A DNA stretch of 64,000 nucleotides from Podarcis muralis. Taxonomy: Eukaryota. The notes under the pieces were generated by a model. The model was given only the letters and a program-made list of their open reading frames with translations. It had not been told where the DNA came from and did not search any database. The position numbers and the translations under genes were made by a program. The DNA is taken from contig NC_135657.1 in NCBI RefSeq assembly GCF_964188315.1, positions 434,001 to 498,000 on the forward strand, in the 5' to 3' direction. Below are positions 33,661 through 46,100 of this stretch, piece after piece. Position 1 is the stretch's first letter. Each line of letters starts with the position of its first letter.

Positions 33661-36600
33661 GACGCGGCGGGCGCGGCGGTCGATCCTCCGGGCGAGGAGG
33701 GCCTGGCTCCGCCGGGCGCCTTCCTGTCGGAGCACGAGCTGGAGCTGGAGGACGAGGACGAGGAGGAGGAGAGCGGCGCCGCCGGCCTCGCCTTCGAGAA
33801 GGACTCGGAAGGTGCGGGGGAAGCGGGCGGCGGGCCGGGAGGGGCGGGAGCACAGCGCGGAATCTGGGGGGCGCAGGGGGGCTGCGGGCCGAGGAAGGGC
33901 TTCCCCAGGGCTGCCAGGGGTCGCTCCCCCCTCCCGCCACCGTGGTAACCCCCTGTTGTGCCAGCAGGAAAGGGACGGGCCGAGGTGAGGATGCCCCCTG
34001 CTGCCCCCCTGATGCCCCCTCCTTGTGTGCCGCAGACTCCCTCGGGGGGACGCCCGGACTCTCCTCCTACGTGCTGAGCGATGAGGAGTTCCCGCCCCTG
34101 TGCCAGGCCCAGGACAATGGCGAGGGGCCCGGCCAGGCTTGCCAGCACTGCGGCCTGCCTGCCCCCGCCTCTGCCGCCTGCTGCCCGCCAGAGGAGGAAG
34201 AGCTGGAGGAGGAGGAGGAGGAGGAGGAGGAGGAAGGTTCCGCCAAGGGGCGGGTGGTCTTCTCCTGCCAGCTGTGCCCCTTTGCCTCGCACTACTCCAG
34301 CCACCTCAAGCGCCACATGAAGACCCACAACGGGGAGAAGCCCTACCGCTGCCCGCACTGCCCCTACGCCTCGGCCCAGCTGGTCAACCTGACGCGCCAC
34401 CTGCGCACCCACACGGGAGAGAAGCCCTACCGCTGCCCCACCTGCCCCTTCGCCTGCAGCAGCCTTGGCAACCTCAAGAGGCACCAGCGGGTCCACGGCC
34501 AGGAGCGCCCGCTGCGCTGCGGCTCCTGCACCTGCCGATGCGCCCGGGGCAACCCCCTGCGGCGCCACAGCCCCGGGGCGCAGGGGGAGTCGGAGGCGGA
34601 GATGGAGGGGCCAGCGGCTGCGGAGCAGGAGACAGGTATGTGGGGCAGGCCGGGGGTGGGGGTCCAACCCCTTGCAAAGCAGAAAGATTTCCTGACAGAT
34701 AGCCGCTCAACAGCTGCTTAGCAATCTCTAGTGAAGGAGAGTCCACACCCTTATTAATGAGCCGGTTCCATTCCTGAACAGCTCTTACTGTCAATAGTAA
34801 TAGTAAATCATGTTATTGTTTTTACCCCGCCCGTTTGGCTGGGTTTCCCCTGCCACTCTGGGCTGCTCCCAACAGAATATTAAAAACACGATAAGACATC
34901 AAACATGAAAAGCTTCCCTAAAGAGGGCTGCCTTTAGATGCCTTCTAAAAGTGAGATAGTTGTTTATTTCCTTGACATCTGATGGAAGGGCGTTCCACAG
35001 GGCGGGCGCCACCACCGAGATGGCACTCTGCCTGGTTCCCTGTAACTTGGCTTCCACAATGAGGGAACCACCAGAAGGCCCTCGGCACTGGACCTCAGTA
35101 TCCGGGCAGAATGATGGGGTGGAGACGCTCCTTCAGGTATACTGGGCTGAGGCCGTTTAGGGCTTCAAAGGTCAGCACCAACACTTTGAATTGTGCTTGT
35201 ACCAGGAGCCAATGTAGATACTTTAGCACTGGTGTTACATGGTCCTGGCGGCTGCTCCCAGTCACCAGTCTTGCTGCCGCGTTCTGGATTAGTTTTAGCT
35301 TCCGAGTCCCACCTAGAGTGCATTGCAGTAGTCCAAGCAGGAGATAACTAGAGCATGCACCACTCTGGCGAGACAGTCTGCGGGCAGGGAGGGTCTCAGT
35401 TTATGTACCAGGTGGAGCTGGTAGACAGCTGTCAGGAATCTCTTCCTAATGTTTAATGGGTATCTCCTTCCTAGTTCTTTGAATCAAAGAAAGGAGAATG
35501 TGACTGAATGTTGGGAGTAACTTTCAGACAGTAAGAGCTGTTTAGCTTTGGAACAAAAGGATATTGACAAGCTGGAAGGGAGACCAGGATGAGCAAGGAG
35601 TCTGGAAATCCATCCTTACAAGGAATGGTTGTGGGAGTTGGGTCTGTGTAGCCTGGAGAAGAGAGCCAGAGTTTGACCCCAGGAGGGGAGAAGGCTCTTG
35701 GCCACTGCGAGTACAGGAGGCTTGACTAGAGGGGCCCCTGGCCTGATCCAGCAGGCTTTTCGTATGTTTTTATCAACCCTAGCAATGTAGAGTTGTAAGG
35801 GGGGGGGGCTGAGGGTCATCTAGTGCAGGAATCTCAACTAAAGCCTTCCTGACAGATGACCGTGAGAATCCTGGAAATGCTGTCCCCTGCAAGGTGGAGC
35901 CAGGTTATTTTCTGCTGCTCCAGGGGACAGGATCTGAAGCCTTGGCTTCAGATGACAAGGGAGGAGATTCCGACTTAACATTAGGAAGAACTTTCTGGAG
36001 GTGAGAACTGTTTGAGAGGGGAATGGGCTCCCTCATACGGTGCAGGACTCTTCTTCAGAGCTTGCAGGTCTTTCACCAGAGATTGCTTGGCCATCGATCA
36101 GCGATTCCTGAGCAGCAGCAATTCCTACGTAAGGGATTGGACCAAGGGACCCTGGAAGTCCCTTGCGACTGATTTTAAGCCATTCCCAGCAAGGTAGTGG
36201 GGAACACTCTCCTCAGACCCCTCCTTAGCTAAATAAATGAACCAGCAAATCCCCTTTTCTGCTTCCCAAGATGGTGGCCTCCTCACTGGAAGGGATCTCC
36301 AGCCTAACCTCTACGGGGTCGGCAGAGTCCAGCAGTGTGGGAACCAGCTTTGGAGCAGATAAGAGGATTGGGGGGCTCTTAGGTGGACACTGCGTGCAGG
36401 AGCGCAGAACGTGGGTCCCTCCCCCAGCCCCTTTTGCCCCCCTCACTGCTCTTTCTCCTCCGCAGAGCCTCCGCTCTTGGCCCCGGGCTCCCCGTTCCTG
36501 AGGCCCGAGGACTCTGCGGCAGTCCTCCCGGAGCTGCTCTTCCCCTTCACGTGCCGGGCGTGCGGACTGGTCCTGGAGGCGGACGAGGGCCTGGGCGAGC

Positions 36601-37121
36601 CGGTGTGCGGGCGCTGCAGCCTGGCGGTGCTGGGGGCGGAGCAGTCGTCGCCCAAGGGCTTCTCGTGCCAGCTGTGCCCCTTTGTCACCACCTACCCCAA
36701 CCACCTGGCGCGGCACATGAAGACGCACAGCGGGGAGAAGCCCTTTGCCTGCGCCCTGTGTCCCTACGCCTCGGCACACCTCGACAACCTCAAGCGCCAC
36801 CAGCGGGTGCACACGGGAGAGAAGCCCTACAAGTGCCCGCTGTGCCCCTACGCCTGCGGCAACCTGGCCAACCTCAAGCGCCACGGCCGCATCCACTCGG
36901 GGGACAAGCCCTTCCGCTGCCGCCTCTGCTCCTACTCCTGCAACCAGAGCATGAACCTCAAGCGCCACATGCTGAGGCACACAGGAGAGAAGCCCTTCCA
37001 GTGCCGCATCTGCCCCTACACCACCGGCCACTGGGACAACTACAAGCGCCACCAGAAGGTGCACGGCCAGGGCCTGCCTGAGGAGGAGGGGGGGCCCAGC
37101 CTGGACAGCAGCCTCCCTTGA
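33442..37121 (+). CDS. ZNF513: Zinc finger protein 513, 482 aa, 4 exons
   Basis: Exons: 33442-33481, 33659-33811, 34036-34635, 36466-37121 (1449 nt). MPRRKQRHPQPVK start, acidic FEKDSE region, 3 N-terminal and 5 C-terminal C2H2 fingers (HYSSHLKRHMKTH, YPNHLARHMKTH, GHWDNYKRHQKVH) matching ZNF513. Confidence 0.97.
34800..35421 (-). mobile_element. L2 LINE 3' fragment in ZNF513 intron 3, flanked by CR1 fragments (about 34660-34790 and 35420-36200)
   Basis: The minus strand encodes an L2 ORF2-like end ([25 protein letters not shown]) and shares its terminus with the 51190-51586 copy. Confidence 0.8.
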
Positions 37122-37569
37122 GGGCCCGCGGGGGGAGACCGCGGCACCCGCCACACCAAGGCCCCCGCCTCCTCCCGGGTGCCTCTGCATAGGAATAGGC
37201 TCAGACTGCAGGAGGAGAAAGGGGGGCCCTCTTCCACTCGCCAAACAAGCCCCCACCCCCAGGACTGGGGGAAGCAGCTGTAGGGACCTTTGTGTGGGGG
37301 GGCAGTGCAGTTCGTGCCGGCAGCGGAGCACTGGGACCTCCTTGGCCAAAAGGCGGCTGGGCACTGCCTGCTCCTGCGGATTGGGCCCTTTTCACGTCAC
37401 CTGGAAAAGATTGTATCTGTGGGGCAGCAGAACACTCCCCCCCCCCAAAAAAAACCCTCCGACTGAGGGCGGTTCTTGGTGCTTTCCTGTCCTCTCTGTG
37501 CCTCCTCCCCAGCCCCCTTTAACTGTGGTTGCTGCTTGAGTCTGTGTAATTTATATCGTGTATTAATGC

Positions 37570-37598
37570 ATTAAACCGTTTTCTTATCTTGCTTTATT
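37570..37598. terminator. Opposed polyA signals: ATTAAA (+, 37570-37575, ZNF513) and AATAAA (-, 37598-37593, SNX17)
   Basis: Read directly; TGTA motifs lie upstream of the plus-strand signal. Alternative minus-strand AATAAA at 37833-37838 and 37953-37958. Confidence 0.65.
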
Positions 37599-38546
37599 TT
37601 GGCTGGGGGAGAGCAGCAGATCCGAAACTCACACGCGGCAACCAGCATGGCTGGGAGGTAGCTTCCCCCTCCCCCACAGGAAGTTGGTGGTTTGGGGAGT
37701 CCCCCCCCCCCCCGCGTAAACGGCACAGAAGGGGCAGTTACCCTTTCTCTGTAAAGCAGGAGAAACGCGGCTCACACAACTCTCTGCAATTATATAGAAC
37801 TTTGCAAAGACCAAATGTAAAACTTGGGCATTTTTATTCCACGAAGTGCCCCAGCTGCCACTGCGGTTGGAGCGATTGAGAAGAACGCTACAACACTCCC
37901 AGGGGTGTGGATTATGCTTTAGAAATAATATACTTGTAGCTATTATTTTCTCTTTATTGAAAGGAGATATTGGGTGGGACTTTGGTTTTGGGACATCCTG
38001 TATCACACCTGGACATGATTCTGGTACTGCATATTTTAAGTAAAGGCTGTTATTTAAAGAAACAGACACTTGGTGGAATATAAATGCCCAATTCTTACAT
38101 CTGGTCTTTGCAAAGTTCTGCAGAATTGCGGGGAGTTGTGTGAGCTGTTTCTTCCTTTCTCTGTATTCCTTTGTGTTGCGTAAACACAAGGAGGAGACGC
38201 AGACAGGACTTCCCAATCATGATCTATTTAATCATCGCCACAAACATTCGTTCGTGTTCATCTGTAAACAGCAGGGAGATTAAACGAGATTACAAGCCTA
38301 GCAGTTACACAGAAGTCTATTGGCCAGCGCCAGAGCTGTGTCGGATCGCTGTGCAAAATGTCCACTCTACCCTAATTTGGCGCTTATGGAGCTGAAGCCG
38401 CCAGCCGGCAACCCCACCCGCTGCCCATCCCGGGGCCCGGGGGGGAGGCAAGGTGGGGGGCGAGGAGCCGGCTGGGGTCGAGGCACATCCAGGTCAACCC
38501 GGGAGGTCGTACATTCCACATGGAGGCGGGGGGGGGGGCAGGCCGC

Positions 38547-41500
38547 TCACAGGTCCTCATCGCCGATGCCCTCAAAGGCGTAGTTGCCATGGAAATCGTT
38601 CGCCCCGATGTCGGTGGCGGAGCTGGAATGGCTGATGGCCCTCAGGCTGACCGAGCTGAGCTTGCTCTGGGGGAGGAAGGGGGGGGGAGAGTAAGAACAG
38701 GCTGCCCCTGGGACCTGGGGCTAGATGTCCCCTGGGGGCCCCTTCCACAAGTCAGGGGGGCGGGAGGGGGGCAAAGGGAGGCGCTACTCACCGCAACCTT
38801 CGTGAGGGAGTCCCGGCTGCTGTCGGGCGAATCCTGCAGGGACAGGCAGACATGTCAGAGGAGACCAAGGCCCCCCCCCAGGGGCAGGCTGGGGCAGGGG
38901 TCTGGTGGGGTTAGGGGCTTCTTACCAGGAGAGGGGGGGACTTCACGGCTTGCTGGCTGTCGGAGCGCTGCAGGGCTCCATTGGCTCGCCGGCGAAACAT
39001 CTGGTGGGGGGGGGGACAGCAAAGTAGCTTGGTCTTGTGGCCCTCAAAAAGAGGGTGGCTCTGTTTCCGCCCCCCGCCCTGCCCCCCAGGTCTGCTGGGG
39101 GCCCAAAGCCTCACCTTGCGGATGCTGCCCCCGGACTTCTTCACCATCAGCTCATCCACCATCGACTGCAAGCAGATGCTCAACATTATCGCCTGCAAGG
39201 GGGGGGGGAGACCTTGTGACTTAGTCCCATGTGCAGCGCTGCCCCCGCCCCCCCCAACAAGAGCCCCGGTTTTGCTGACCTCAGGCAGGAAGTCCTGCCT
39301 CTTGCGCCATAATTTTGGGGCTGTGAGTCAGACTAGAATAAAATCCGGTTTGCATTTCTCAAGAAGTGTTTGGAGTGCGTTATTGGGCAGGCATGCTCTC
39401 GAGCGCAGAAGCGGGTATGGGGCAGAGCAAAGGGGTCCCAGTGCGGGCGGAGGCGGCTGCCCCACAGGGCCAAACCCTCCCGCCTCGCTGCTGGGCCTAC
39501 CTGGGGGCTGGTGATGGTGACCCATTGCAGGCGGTCCTTGCTCATCAGGTACTCAAAAGCCAACTCCAGCTTCACCTCCGTCTTGCTGCCTGCTGGGCCG
39601 GACGTCCCGTTGTGCACAGGGACCTGGAAAGGAGCAGGTGTGGGGGTGTGAAGCCTTTCTGCGCTTGCGGGGGGAGGGGGGGGAAACACGACACACCCAC
39701 AAATTGCCAGGGGAGAAAGAGGGCCAAGAGGCAGCCACCTGCCCAACTGGCCAGACGGGCGCAGGACTCTGTGCAACTGAAAGGGGCTCCGCGCATCACT
39801 CACTGAGGACGTGACCCTCCAGCAGCGCATGCGCGTCACTTTGAAGCTGCCCTCCTTGATCTGGTCGCTGGGCAGCTTGACCTGGAAGTTCAGCTCACTG
39901 TTCCCGGCGCCCACAATGACGTGGCAGCCCTTCTCGGGGAAGTCCGTCACGCAGGGGTCAAACTTGAGATAGCCGTAATACTTGAGCGTCTGCGCCAGGC
40001 GGATGAACTGCGCCAAGGAAAAATAGTGGGAATCTCAGCGTTAGAGGGGGTACTAAAGGGTCCTCCAGTCCACCCCTCCAAAACCCAGGCATCGTTAGAG
40101 CCCCCCAAGCAGAGGAGCTGGGGGCTGGCATCACCCGACCCACGCAGGGTCCCAACCAACCTCCTTCTTGGAGACTTTCTCCTGCAGGGACTTCAGCTGG
40201 CGATGCTGCTCTTTGTTTGCCAGGATCCAGCCCCTCTCAATGTCGGCCACCGTCTGGAAGGGGAAAGGAGAGGAATCTTGGGGCTATACAGAGTTGGAGG
40301 GGACACCAAGGGTCATCTAGTCCAACCCCGTAGCCCAGCCAGGGTCCCGGTGCTTACCTGGGCATAGAGCAGGTTCAGCCCCACCCGCTGCTCCATCACG
40401 TCATCGTCGTAGGCGGAGTCCCAGTAGCTGTGGGGAAAAGGGAGCAGGTGCCGTTAGAGGGACTGCTGGCTGGGGGTCTGGCGCCCCCCCCCCCCGTGGC
40501 AGCTGCCGCCCCCTCACCTCTTGCGCAAAAGGATCTTGTACTCGGGGTTGCGGAGGCTGGTGACGGACACATAGGGCAGCTCAAACTCCTGCAGCTTCCG
40601 GATGACTGGGAAGAAAGCCAACACAGAGCTCCAGCACCCAGACCAGCTCCCCCCCCTTCCTGCCACCCCCCAAATTCCCCCTCCTTTCCCTCCCCGGTCC
40701 TGCCAAGCAAGGCGCACATAACAGCAGGGGGGGGCACTCACAGGAAAAGGCCCCGTCCTTGGCTTCTCGCACCAGGAAGAGGTGGAAGTAGCCTATCAGG
40801 TCCTCTGGCAGGTCCAGCTTGGAGGCTACGGCCTGCGGGGAGCAATTGGGGGGGGGGGGGTCACCAAAAGCAGCTGCTTCCTCCCTCCCTCCCTCCCCTG
40901 GGGAAAAAGACCTGCCATCTTAAGAAAGGCAGAAAACACATTCAAGGCATTCAATTACCATCTGCTTTCATGTTTTAACTTTGGTGCGTCCTGCTAAGCG
41001 CCATCGTTAAAGTCCTCTTGGTTTTCTTAATAAACCCTCTGCCCCCCCCCCCAAAAAGGCCTCACCTCCAGGACGTCCTCCGTCTGGTCCGAGGTGAGGA
41101 GGTTGACCTTGACGGTCTGTCCATTGGACAGCAGCACCTCCAGCTGCACCTCCTCTGTGGGGATCTGCTGGGTCTCCTGGGGGGGGCACAAAGAGGGTCA
41201 GCGCCTGGCCCTTCACCCGCCGGTCCCCCCCCCAACTCACCTGCCCTGCCTCACCTGCTGAGCCTTGCGCAGGAAGCTGTTGAAGATCTCGCTGCCTCCC
41301 AGCAAGGGGTCCTGGCGCACTGCGGGGGCACAAGAAGGGCAGCCGTCAGCCCGGGGGGGGGGGGGCTCCTTGCTAGCCCCCCCCGACCCTCAAGCCCACC
41401 TTCCCAGGGACTCACCTGCCTGCATGTATTTCTCTAGCTGCTCCCGCCGCTGCTCCACCTCCAGGGGGGTGAGGGTGAAGATCTTCTTGGGGGGGAAGGC

Positions 41501-42524
41501 GGGCACCACGTTGGCCCCATACTCCTTCCGGAGCTGCAAGGAGGGAGAGCGTTTCTGCGCCCAGCCTGGCTCCAGAACAAGGGGGCCAGACCCCCCCTCA
41601 CCCCAAACACTGGGGGGAAGCACTCAGCCAACCCCCATCGGCCAAGCATGCAATCCACTGGAAGGGACCCCCGAGGGTCATCCAGCCCACCCCCCGCCAT
41701 GCTCCCCCTACCTGTTCATGCAGGCCCAGCAGCTGGCTGTAGCGCACCTGGCAGTGCAAGACGCCGTTGACATGGATGTTGTAGGCCTGGCGGGGGAGAG
41801 AAGGGGGCAGGTCAGGGGCCAGGCGGGCCGCACCCCAAGGACAGTCACGGGGGGTGGGGGGGCAGAGCAACCAAAGGGGCAGCAAGCACGGCGGGGGGGG
41901 GCCTGAACCCACTCCCCCCACCTTCTTCTCCTCCAGAAGGAGGATTTGGGGGGCCGGAGCAGGAAAGTCCGTGGCCCCCCCCCAGCAGGAGCAGAAGGGG
42001 AGGACTCGGTGCCCAAGTGGCCGCTTGGCGCAGCTGGCACACCCCCCAGGCTGGCTGCCCGATGGGCCCTCTCCCTTCTCCGAAGGGGGTCTCGCTTGGA
42101 AATGGACGGGGGGGGGGTGACTCTGCCCCGGTAAGTGGCGCAGGACGGGAGGCCCCGAGCGCGGCGCCCCACACTAGGGCCCTCTGGCCTGGCTGTTTTT
42201 TTTGGGGGGGGCAGCCGGAGCCCGAGCCCGCGGAGCCCTCGTCCCGCTACTTCCCCGGGAAAGAGAAGAGGGCAGCCGGCCAGCCCGGCAGCGGAGGCCG
42301 CCCCGTCGGGGCCCAAGCGGACACCCCACCCACCCGCGGCCCTTTGCAGGCCGGCTGGGGGGGGGGGGACGGGCAGAGCGGGGCTTCCTCTCCGGGGGGC
42401 GTCGGCGTTTCCCTCCCTCCCGGGGGGCGTCCTCCTCCCCCCCCCCCGTCCAGCCACGCACCACGTAGGCGGCGTTGGCGCCGTCCGCGGCGCGGCTCTC
42501 GGTCTCGGGGATGGAGAAGTGCAT
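38547..42524 (-). CDS. SNX17: Sorting nexin-17, 471 aa, 15 exons
   Basis: Exons: 42524-42462, 41786-41712, 41533-41416, 41319-41255, 41176-41066, 40832-40742, 40605-40518, 40427-40358, 40253-40161, 40007-39804, 39623-39501, 39192-39115, 39000-38926, 38833-38792, 38666-38547 (1416 nt). MHFSIPETES, PX domain (FPPKK..RREQLEKY), FERM domain and C-terminal GIGDEDL. Confidence 0.98.
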
Positions 42525-43110
42525 GGCCGCTCGCTTCGCCTCGCCCTCCGCTACCTCCGGCCCGGGCCCAGCTCCGCCGCCCCGACAGCCGCCGCTGCCG
42601 CCGCCATCTTGCGCAAGGAGAGGCGGGTCCCCGTCGGGGCGGGGCGCGGGACGGGGCGGGGCGGCCTGGCGGGGCGGCTCCTCCCCCTCGGGCTCGCCGC
42701 AGACCGGGCGGCGGCCACGAGGGGCGCCAGCAAGCCCGACGCCGCCCCTCCAAGCCCCGGGGGCGAAGGGCAGCAGCAGGCTCCGCCTCTCCCGCTGGAC
42801 GGGGCCGCCGGGACCCGGGAGGACGAAGGGGCCGTCGGGGGAGGAGGGAGCAGCCCCGGGGTGCGGAGGGCTCGGGAGCCCGGCCGCTCCGTCTCGGCCG
42901 GAGGAGGGGGCTCCGCCCCCGACGGCATCCCCGCTCCCTGACGCTGCCTAAGCAGCCGCGGCAAGGGGGGCATCCCAGCCCCGCCGCCACCGGGGGAGGC
43001 GAGCGGCACCGAGGGGGCGGGGCCTGGGGCCTGGCTCCGCCCCCTCCGCTTCTCGTCCGGCCCGCAGGGGGCGCTGCAGCATCCGGTGCCGTCGGAGAGA
43101 GGAGCCGGCG
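42525..43110. promoter_or_regulatory. Bidirectional CpG-island promoter SNX17/EIF2B4 with YY1/TISU motif (42600-42611) and CTCF-like site (43058-43076)
   Basis: The two start codons are 587 bp apart head-to-head; GCCGCCATCTTG; cggcccgcagggggcgctg. Confidence 0.85.
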
Positions 43111-46100
43111 ATGGCGGAGCGCAGCAGCGGCGGCGGCGAGGCCGGCGAGCGGGCCGGGCAGGTAGGGGCGCCGCCGGGATCCGGGGGGAGGGCGCCGTCG
43201 GGGCCGGCTGCCCGCCTTTGACGCCCCGGCGGGGCTCTGCTCTCGCGTCCCCTGCAGGCGCCGTCGGGGCTTCCGAGCGCCGAGGAGAAGCTGCAGCAGC
43301 GGCGGGAGAAGAAGCTGCAGAAGAAGAAGAAGCAGCAGCGCCGCGACGCCGGGAAGGACGAGGCCGGGCAGCAGCAGCAGGAGGCGGCGGAGGGCCCCCT
43401 CCCCGTCGCGGAGCCCGCGCTGCCGCCGCCGCTAGCGCCAGGTCGGGGCACCGGAGGGCGGGCACCGGGCGGCGGGCTGGCTCCTCCCCGGCTGCTCTCC
43501 GCTGACCCTCCGCCGCCTCCCCCTCCTCTCTCCCGCAGGAGCGGAGCCTCCCGCGCCGTCGGCGGGCAAGAGCAAGGCGGAGCTGCGCGCGGAGCGGCGG
43601 GCCAAGCAGGAGGCGGAGCGGGCGCTCAAGCAGGCGCGCAAGGGCGAAGCGGGGCCCCCCGCCGCCGCCCCGCCGGGGCCCAAGGCGCGCCCGCCGCCCG
43701 GCGAGACCCAGCCAGGTAAGGCGGCGCCCCGACGGGGAGGGCGCCCGGGGAAAGCGGCCGCTGCCCGGCCTCACCGCCTGCCCGGCCTGCTCCTTCTCCG
43801 CAGGGGTGAAGCGGCTCCCGGAGCACGTGCAGGTGGATGATGCGGCGGCGCAGAAGAAGCTGGCCAAGAAGCTGGAGCGACAGCAGGTAGGCGGGAGGGG
43901 GCCTCCTCCCGGGATGAAGATGCGCAGCGGAGGGGGCACCACGCCTGCCTCCCCCCCTTTCCTTCCGCCCCTTTTATGTTCCCTTCTCACCCCACAAGTT
44001 TTGCGCATTTGTAAGAACTTCACGGGTTAATCTGGCAGCGCCTGTCCTCTGGAACTCCCTGCCACTTGATCTCAAGCAGGTGCCCTCACTGTAGTCTTTT
44101 TAGCGCTACAATTTGGTGCCTGCTACAAACATTCTATTGGAGTTTGTCTAGGCCAGGCACCCCCAAACTTGGCCCTCCAGCTGTTTTGGGACTACAATTC
44201 CCTTCATCCCTGACCACTGGTCCTGTTAGCTAGGGATGATGGGAGTTGTAGTTCCAAAGGACCGAGTTTGGGGGTGCCTGGTCTAGATGCTTAGGAAGTG
44301 ACTTAAGTTTTATACCTTTTTGCGTTTTAACTTGTGGAAGGTTTTAAAATGCTGTTGTGTAAGAAAACCATTAAAATGGCTTCCAAAAAGGTAACACAAG
44401 AAAATCAAGAAGCTATTATTTATTATTTCTTGATATTTATTAAATTCGTGCGTAGCTCTTCATCCTAGATCTCAGGGCAGTTTGCCCCATAAATTTACAA
44501 GATAAAAACACAACAGACATAATAAAAACAACCTCCGCTCCACTCCCCCCCCCCCCCTGCAAGCACATTTAAAAGCAGGCCTGGCTGGTTAGTCAGCAAT
44601 GCTCTTGGGAGTTAGTGCATCCATTTTATGAAAATCTAATAGTTAAAGTAACAGTAATCAAAATGTTGAGATGTGGGGGACCCTGGAAGGCAGCCCACGG
44701 GGCGGAGGTGGAGGAGGCTGTTGTGGCTCAGGAAGGGAGATCTGGGATGGGGGGGGGCAATCCATCTCCCCTTCCCTTTGGCAGCTGGTTCCACTGATGG
44801 GGCTCAGGAAAGGGAGGCGGCAAAAATTGCGGAAAGTTTCCCCAGGGGCATGGAGGGCAAAGGGCGGTGGGGCACTGCTGCCGCTTCCGGGGGGTGCAGA
44901 GGGTCTCGCCTCCTGCCCTCAGCCCCCCTTTTCTTCCTCTTCCTTGCTGCAGGTGCCTCTGAGGCCGGATTACGGGGCCAAAGTCAGCCTTTTCTCCCAC
45001 CTCCACCAGTACAGCCGCAAGAAGCTGCTGACACAGCAGATGAGGTGGGTGCCCTCCAGGGTGGATAAAAATCAACGGTTTTTTATTTAAAAAAATGATT
45101 TTTTTTTATATCAGATTTTTTAATTTAAATTGGATTTTTTTAAAAAAATGTTTTTGGAGGAAAAAATCTTTCTAAAGATAGTTTTCGATTTAAGTTACAT
45201 TATAGTCTAAAGGCTATTCATCAGGAAGGAAGGATTTCTTTTAAGCTTTTCATGTGTGCTAAAGCTCAGTCTAAGGGTTTTTAATAAAAAAAATGTTTAA
45301 CCACATCAGTTAACAAACATAGATACATATGCTATAATGTTCTTATTTTAGTAAATTGTTTAAATTGTTATTAAGGAAATGATTATTTTTCTCCTTCCAA
45401 TAAAGTATAGCAGAAAAGTTTTCCAAATATAAACAGTTAACTTATTAAACCTCACAATAATTTCATAATTATCTGTCTATGTGTTTCTAATAGCCTAATG
45501 TGTTTCTAATAACCTAATCAGTAATTTTTGATAACTACACTGAAAATTTATTATTCCAAAAATGAAACCTTCCTCTAGTTAAGATGATACCAGCAGGAAT
45601 GAATCTTTCTGTAAAAAAGTGATTGAAGTCTTACGGACTAGTGATTTAAATTGTTTTGATTTAAATCAAATCCACCCTGGTGCCCTCCTGGCGCCCGTCC
45701 GTCACGTTCCGACCCCGGGAGCTCCATACTTCTGCTTCCTTGGAGAGCTCTGTTTCCCCATCCGGGCTGTGGGGCTGCCCCATTCATTTTATGCTGCTTC
45801 TCGCTGGCTTTTGCAGAGTTTGTGATGGGGCTGTTTGTAGATGGATGATGGGAAAAGGGAGGAGGAAGTTGGGGGGCTGCTCCATCCAGCTCAGCCTCGC
45901 CCCTTACAGCCACCGTGGGGCTGAGCCCAGGGGGTTGGGCAAGAAGGAGCCTCTCCCAGGGGGGACCTTGTGGGGCGCACAGCAGAGGGGCGTTCCTACT
46001 GCATTGGCGCTTCTTAATATTATTTATTTCCCAGGGTATATAATTAGAAGTAGAAGATGTAATTAAATTCCCATATAAATGCACAGTGTCTCAAATGTAC

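Noticed and set aside
38547-38600. SNX17 tail reads FHGNYAFEGIGDEDL versus recalled human VHGNFAFEGIGDEDL
   Set aside because: The NxxF and terminal EDL motifs are retained; the change is conservative and probably common outside mammals.
42551-44023. 490-aa minus-strand ORF and other 250-500-aa ORFs over CpG islands (13414-14661, 28107-29117, 33198-34721, 42017-43165)
   Set aside because: Arg/Pro/Gly/Ala-rich products expected from stop-codon scarcity in very GC-rich DNA. They cross introns of real genes.
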